Assembly: GCF_038070005.1 (NCBI RefSeq)
Contig: NZ_JBBPCO010000001.1
Location: 54,631-86,630 of the forward strand
From: Thermithiobacillus plumbiphilus
GTDB lineage: Bacteria; Pseudomonadota; Gammaproteobacteria; Acidithiobacillales; Thermithiobacillaceae
Direction: 5' to 3'
Length of the DNA stretch: 32,000 bases
The notes under the pieces are model-generated. The model searched no databases. It was not told the DNA's origin and saw nothing but the letters and a program-made list of their open reading frames with translations. Both the position numbers and the translations under genes were made by a program. This document shows, one piece after another, positions 29,362 through 32,000 of this stretch; within the stretch, counting starts at the first letter, position 1; each line of letters starts with the position of its first letter.

Positions 29362-30393
29362 ATGTCTGTTTCCCTGCCGCTTGGACCCATCATGGCCGAT
29401 GTCGCCGGCCTGTCCCTGAGCGCCGAAGAGCGCGAACGCCTGCTGCACCCCATGCTCGGCGGCATCATCCTCTTCGGGCGCAACTGCGAAACGCCTGAAC
29501 AGGTCGTGGCCCTCGTGGCCGAAATCAAGTCCCTGCGCAGTCCCTCCCTGCTGGTCGGCATCGATCAGGAAGGCGGGCGGGTGCAGCGGCTGCGTGCCGG
29601 CGTCACCCGCCTGCCCGCCATGGCGCGTCTGGGCGAGGTATTCGATCGGGATGCCGCTCAGGGGCTGGAACTCGCGCAACAGACGGGGCAGCTGCTGGGT
29701 ATGGAAATGCGGAGTCTCGGGATTGATCTGAGTTTCGCGCCGGTGCTGGATCTCGGGCTCGGGGTATCGAGCGTGATCGGTGACCGCGCCTTCCACCATG
29801 ATCCGCTTGCCATCGGCCAGTTGGCCACGGCGTTTTGGCAGGGCATGGCGGCGGCCGGCCTGCGGGGCGTGGGCAAGCACTTTCCGGGGCATGGCAGCAC
29901 CGCGCCGGATTCGCATGTCGCCATTCCCGTGGATGATCGCCCACTGGAGAGCATCACCGCGCAGGACCTGCCGCCCTTTCAGGCACTGATTGGGGCCGGC
30001 ATTCCGGGCATCATGCCGGCGCACGTCATCTATCCACAAATCGACAAGCAACCAGCCGGCTTCTCGCGCTTCTGGCTGCAGGACATGCTGCGCGGAAAGC
30101 TGGGTTTTCAGGGATGCATCTTCAGCGATGATCTGTCCATGGCTGGTGCTGGCGTGGTGGGCGGACCGGCCGAGCGGGTGCGCGCCGCCCTGGAGGCCGG
30201 TGCGGATGTGGCGCTGGTCTGCAATGACCCATCAGCCGCCCTGGAAGCTCTGGAGGCGGCGGAAAATATGCGGCTGGCGGTCAATGCCGGGCGGCTGGAA
30301 GGCATGCGCGGGCGGGGCGAAAGCGAGTGGCCCTCTCTGCTCGCGGTCAGGGATTATCAGGCACTGCGCGCCCGGATCGAAGCCCTGGCTTAA
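29362..30393 (+). CDS. nagZ: beta-N-acetylhexosaminidase (GH3) of peptidoglycan recycling
   Basis: LGPIMADVAGLSLSAEERERLLHPMLGGIILFGRN..., IDQEGGRVQR, KHFPGHG, and IFSDDLSMAG, which contains the catalytic Asp. ATG 29362 has GGAG 5 nt upstream; GTG 29356 is an alternative. Confidence 0.93.
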   Translation: MSVSLPLGPIMADVAGLSLSAEERERLLHPMLGGIILFGRNCETPEQVVALVAEIKSLRSPSLLVGIDQEGGRVQRLRAGVTRLPAMARLGEVFDRDAAQGLELAQQTGQLLGMEMRSLGIDLSFAPVLDLGLGVSSVIGDRAFHHDPLAIGQLATAFWQGMAAAGLRGVGKHFPGHGSTAPDSHVAIPVDDRPLESITAQDLPPFQALIGAGIPGIMPAHVIYPQIDKQPAGFSRFWLQDMLRGKLGFQGCIFSDDLSMAGAGVVGGPAERVRAALEAGADVALVCNDPSAALEALEAAENMRLAVNAGRLEGMRGRGESEWPSLLAVRDYQALRARIEALA

Positions 30394-31841
30394 GCGATCC
30401 GCACCATGTTCCGGCGGCTGTCCGGGATGCGGCTGATCAATCTGTCGTTCTGCACGAAGCCCAGACCCAGGCAGATACCCTCATGGAAGATGGCGACCTG
30501 GCCCTTCTCGGCGCCCGAGTAGGGGATTTCGCCGGCATCCAGCAGTTGCTGGACGATAGCCGCAGAATCCGGCAGGTCCACGCGGCGTTTGCGGACCCAG
30601 GGCGAGGCCCACTGCAAAAACACGCTGGTGACCTTGCTGAAGCGGCCATCCGGATGTAGGCGCGCCATGCGGATGCCGCTGCGCTGGCCAATCCTTGCGA
30701 TCTCCTTGCACTGATCCGGGCTGACGATCCAGAGATCCTTGTCCAGCACATAACGGTAATTATTGAGCTGGCCCATTGGCAGCCCGTATTCCGTCTCCAT
30801 GCGGTGTAAAATATCACGGATTTCCGGGGCATCGGCCGAGAGCAGGCGCATGGTCGGGCGCAAGGGGTTGGGGCGGGGTCTGGCGATTGCAATTCCCTGA
30901 CCAGCCTTCTTGCGAAACGCCGCAATAAAAAAGCCCTGCGCGGCATTGTCCGGCGGAAACACCCGCGCGCATCCCGCCACGCGATCATCCAGCCTCAAAC
31001 CATCCACCTCGGTCCAGCCGGGTTCGATCACCAGCCCCGGCAGCTCGGGCAGGGCTTCCAGTTCCAGAGGCAGGTTCTTGAGCGCCCAGTCCACCCGCAG
31101 CTCGTTTTCCGCAGGCGTTAATGTGCAGGTGGAATAGACCAGCCGCCCGCCGGGTCGCAGGGCCTTGACCGCCGAGTGAAAGAGCTTTTCCTGCACCCGC
31201 ACCAGCCGCACCACCTCACCCTGGTTCCACCAGTTCATCACCTCGGGCTGACTGCCGATGATGCCAAGCGCCGAGCAAGGCGCATCCAGCAGCACGCGAT
31301 CAAAGCTATCTGGCAGCAGTCGGCCCAGGCGCTCCCCATCAAACTGGCTTTGCGTGACATTGATGCTGCCCAGGCGATCCAGATTGAAGGCCAAGGCACG
31401 CACCCGGCCCAATGACACGTCATTGGCGAGCAGCACGCCTTGGTCCTGCATGGCCTGGCTGATCTGGGTGGTCTTGGAGCCGGGCGCGGCACACATGTCG
31501 AGCACACGCTCGCCGGGCTGCGGGTCCAGCACCCGCACTGGCGCAAAGGAACTCAGGTCCTGCAGATAAAAAAGTCCCATGGCGTGTTCCAACAGGCCGC
31601 CGGGATTGGCGCCCGCGGGCGTATAACTGAACAGGGCGGGATCCATGCCGGACGGATGCAACGTGATGCCACGTTTTGCCAGCCGGCTGATCAAGGCCTC
31701 CACCCTGATGCGGTGGGTATTCACCCGGATCAGGGTCTGGGTGGGCTGACCGGCACAGGCGAGGTATTCGCCGGCGCGCGCACCAAAGTAGCGGGCCGCG
31801 AAATCCAGGAGGTCCTGGCTGGGAGTAAATTGTCTGCTCAT
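30390..31841 (-). CDS. rsmF: 16S rRNA m5C methyltransferase, RsmF/YebU-like (RsmB/F family)
   Basis: SAM/catalytic motifs VLDMCAAPGSKTTQI, DRVLLDAPCSALG, LVYSTCTL. The ~480-aa length and C-terminal extension are typical of RsmF. ATG 31841 is preferred over the track's TTG 31850. The stop overlaps the nagZ stop (TTAA). Confidence 0.8.
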   Translation of the reverse strand: MSRQFTPSQDLLDFAARYFGARAGEYLACAGQPTQTLIRVNTHRIRVEALISRLAKRGITLHPSGMDPALFSYTPAGANPGGLLEHAMGLFYLQDLSSFAPVRVLDPQPGERVLDMCAAPGSKTTQISQAMQDQGVLLANDVSLGRVRALAFNLDRLGSINVTQSQFDGERLGRLLPDSFDRVLLDAPCSALGIIGSQPEVMNWWNQGEVVRLVRVQEKLFHSAVKALRPGGRLVYSTCTLTPAENELRVDWALKNLPLELEALPELPGLVIEPGWTEVDGLRLDDRVAGCARVFPPDNAAQGFFIAAFRKKAGQGIAIARPRPNPLRPTMRLLSADAPEIRDILHRMETEYGLPMGQLNNYRYVLDKDLWIVSPDQCKEIARIGQRSGIRMARLHPDGRFSKVTSVFLQWASPWVRKRRVDLPDSAAIVQQLLDAGEIPYSGAEKGQVAIFHEGICLGLGFVQNDRLISRIPDSRRNMVRIA

Positions 31842-31851
31842 GAAATGCAAA

Positions 31852-31869
31852 GGGCGCCCGCAGGCGCCC
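31852..31869 (-). terminator. hairpin GGGCGCC-4 nt loop-GGCGCCC, followed on the minus strand by TTTGCATTT; candidate efp terminator
   Basis: Read directly. It lies 17 nt downstream of the efp stop on the minus strand, and its T-tract runs into the rsmF start codon. Confidence 0.5.
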
Positions 31870-31886
31870 CGTTGGCCTCACTGTTT

Positions 31887-32000
31887 TCAGGCGCGGTCGA
31901 TATAGCTGCCGTCGGCCGTATTGACCCGGATCTTCTCGCCGCTGTTGACAAAGGGCGGCACCATGACAGTCAGGCCCGTCTCGACCTTGGCCGGTTTGTA
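31887..32000 (-). CDS. efp: elongation factor P, C-terminal 37 codons (remainder outside the window)
   Basis: Not in the ORF track because it is too short. The reverse-complement translation [37 protein letters not shown] matches the EF-P C-terminal OB domain (YKPA..ETG..V.VP.F...GE.I.V.T..G.Y..R). Confidence 0.85.
   Translation of the reverse strand, partial: YKPAKVETGLTVMVPPFVNSGEKIRVNTADGSYIDRA

Noticed and set aside
30031-30039. DnaA-box-like TATCCACAA
   Set aside because: It is a single near-consensus box inside the nagZ coding sequence. There is no cluster, no AT-rich unwinding element and no neighbouring replication genes.

Overview
GC-rich proteobacterial (gamma- or beta-) chromosomal window, densely coding and mostly housekeeping. 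I see no transposase, integrase, phage gene, CRISPR array or rRNA. Gene order: accA' - tilS -> | 550-bp inverted-repeat element | <- PNPOx-family; Mn-catalase - mntH -> ; <- smr - trxB ; ftsK - lolA - fadL-family OMP - rarA - crcB - DUF190 - serS - rof -> ; EAL-CBS-GGDEF-like protein -> ; <- membrane protein ; tRNA-Ser(UGA). A ~12-kb co-directional, tightly packed string follows: M20 peptidase - cysM - YdbH-like giant envelope protein - lipoprotein/DUF1318 (YdbL-like) - PolB-like exonuclease - rlmD - peptide-type ABC binding protein - signal-less YkuD protein - two ABC permeases - nagZ. The window ends with <- rsmF and <- efp'. Four loci deserve a second look. (1) An ABC importer lacking ATPase genes, with a predicted cytoplasmic YkuD (L,D-transpeptidase-fold) protein inside it and nagZ at its end; this looks like a compact peptidoglycan-recycling module. 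(2) A YdbH-like locus with no separate ynbE, where the DUF1318 protein carries an extra N-terminal lipoprotein module. (3) A MITE-like element made of two inverted ~155-bp repeats between tilS and the PNPOx-family gene. (4) Hairpin-plus-T-tract structures placed immediately in front of the mntH and rsmF start codons. All functional calls rest on motif recognition by eye and on synteny; no searches were run.
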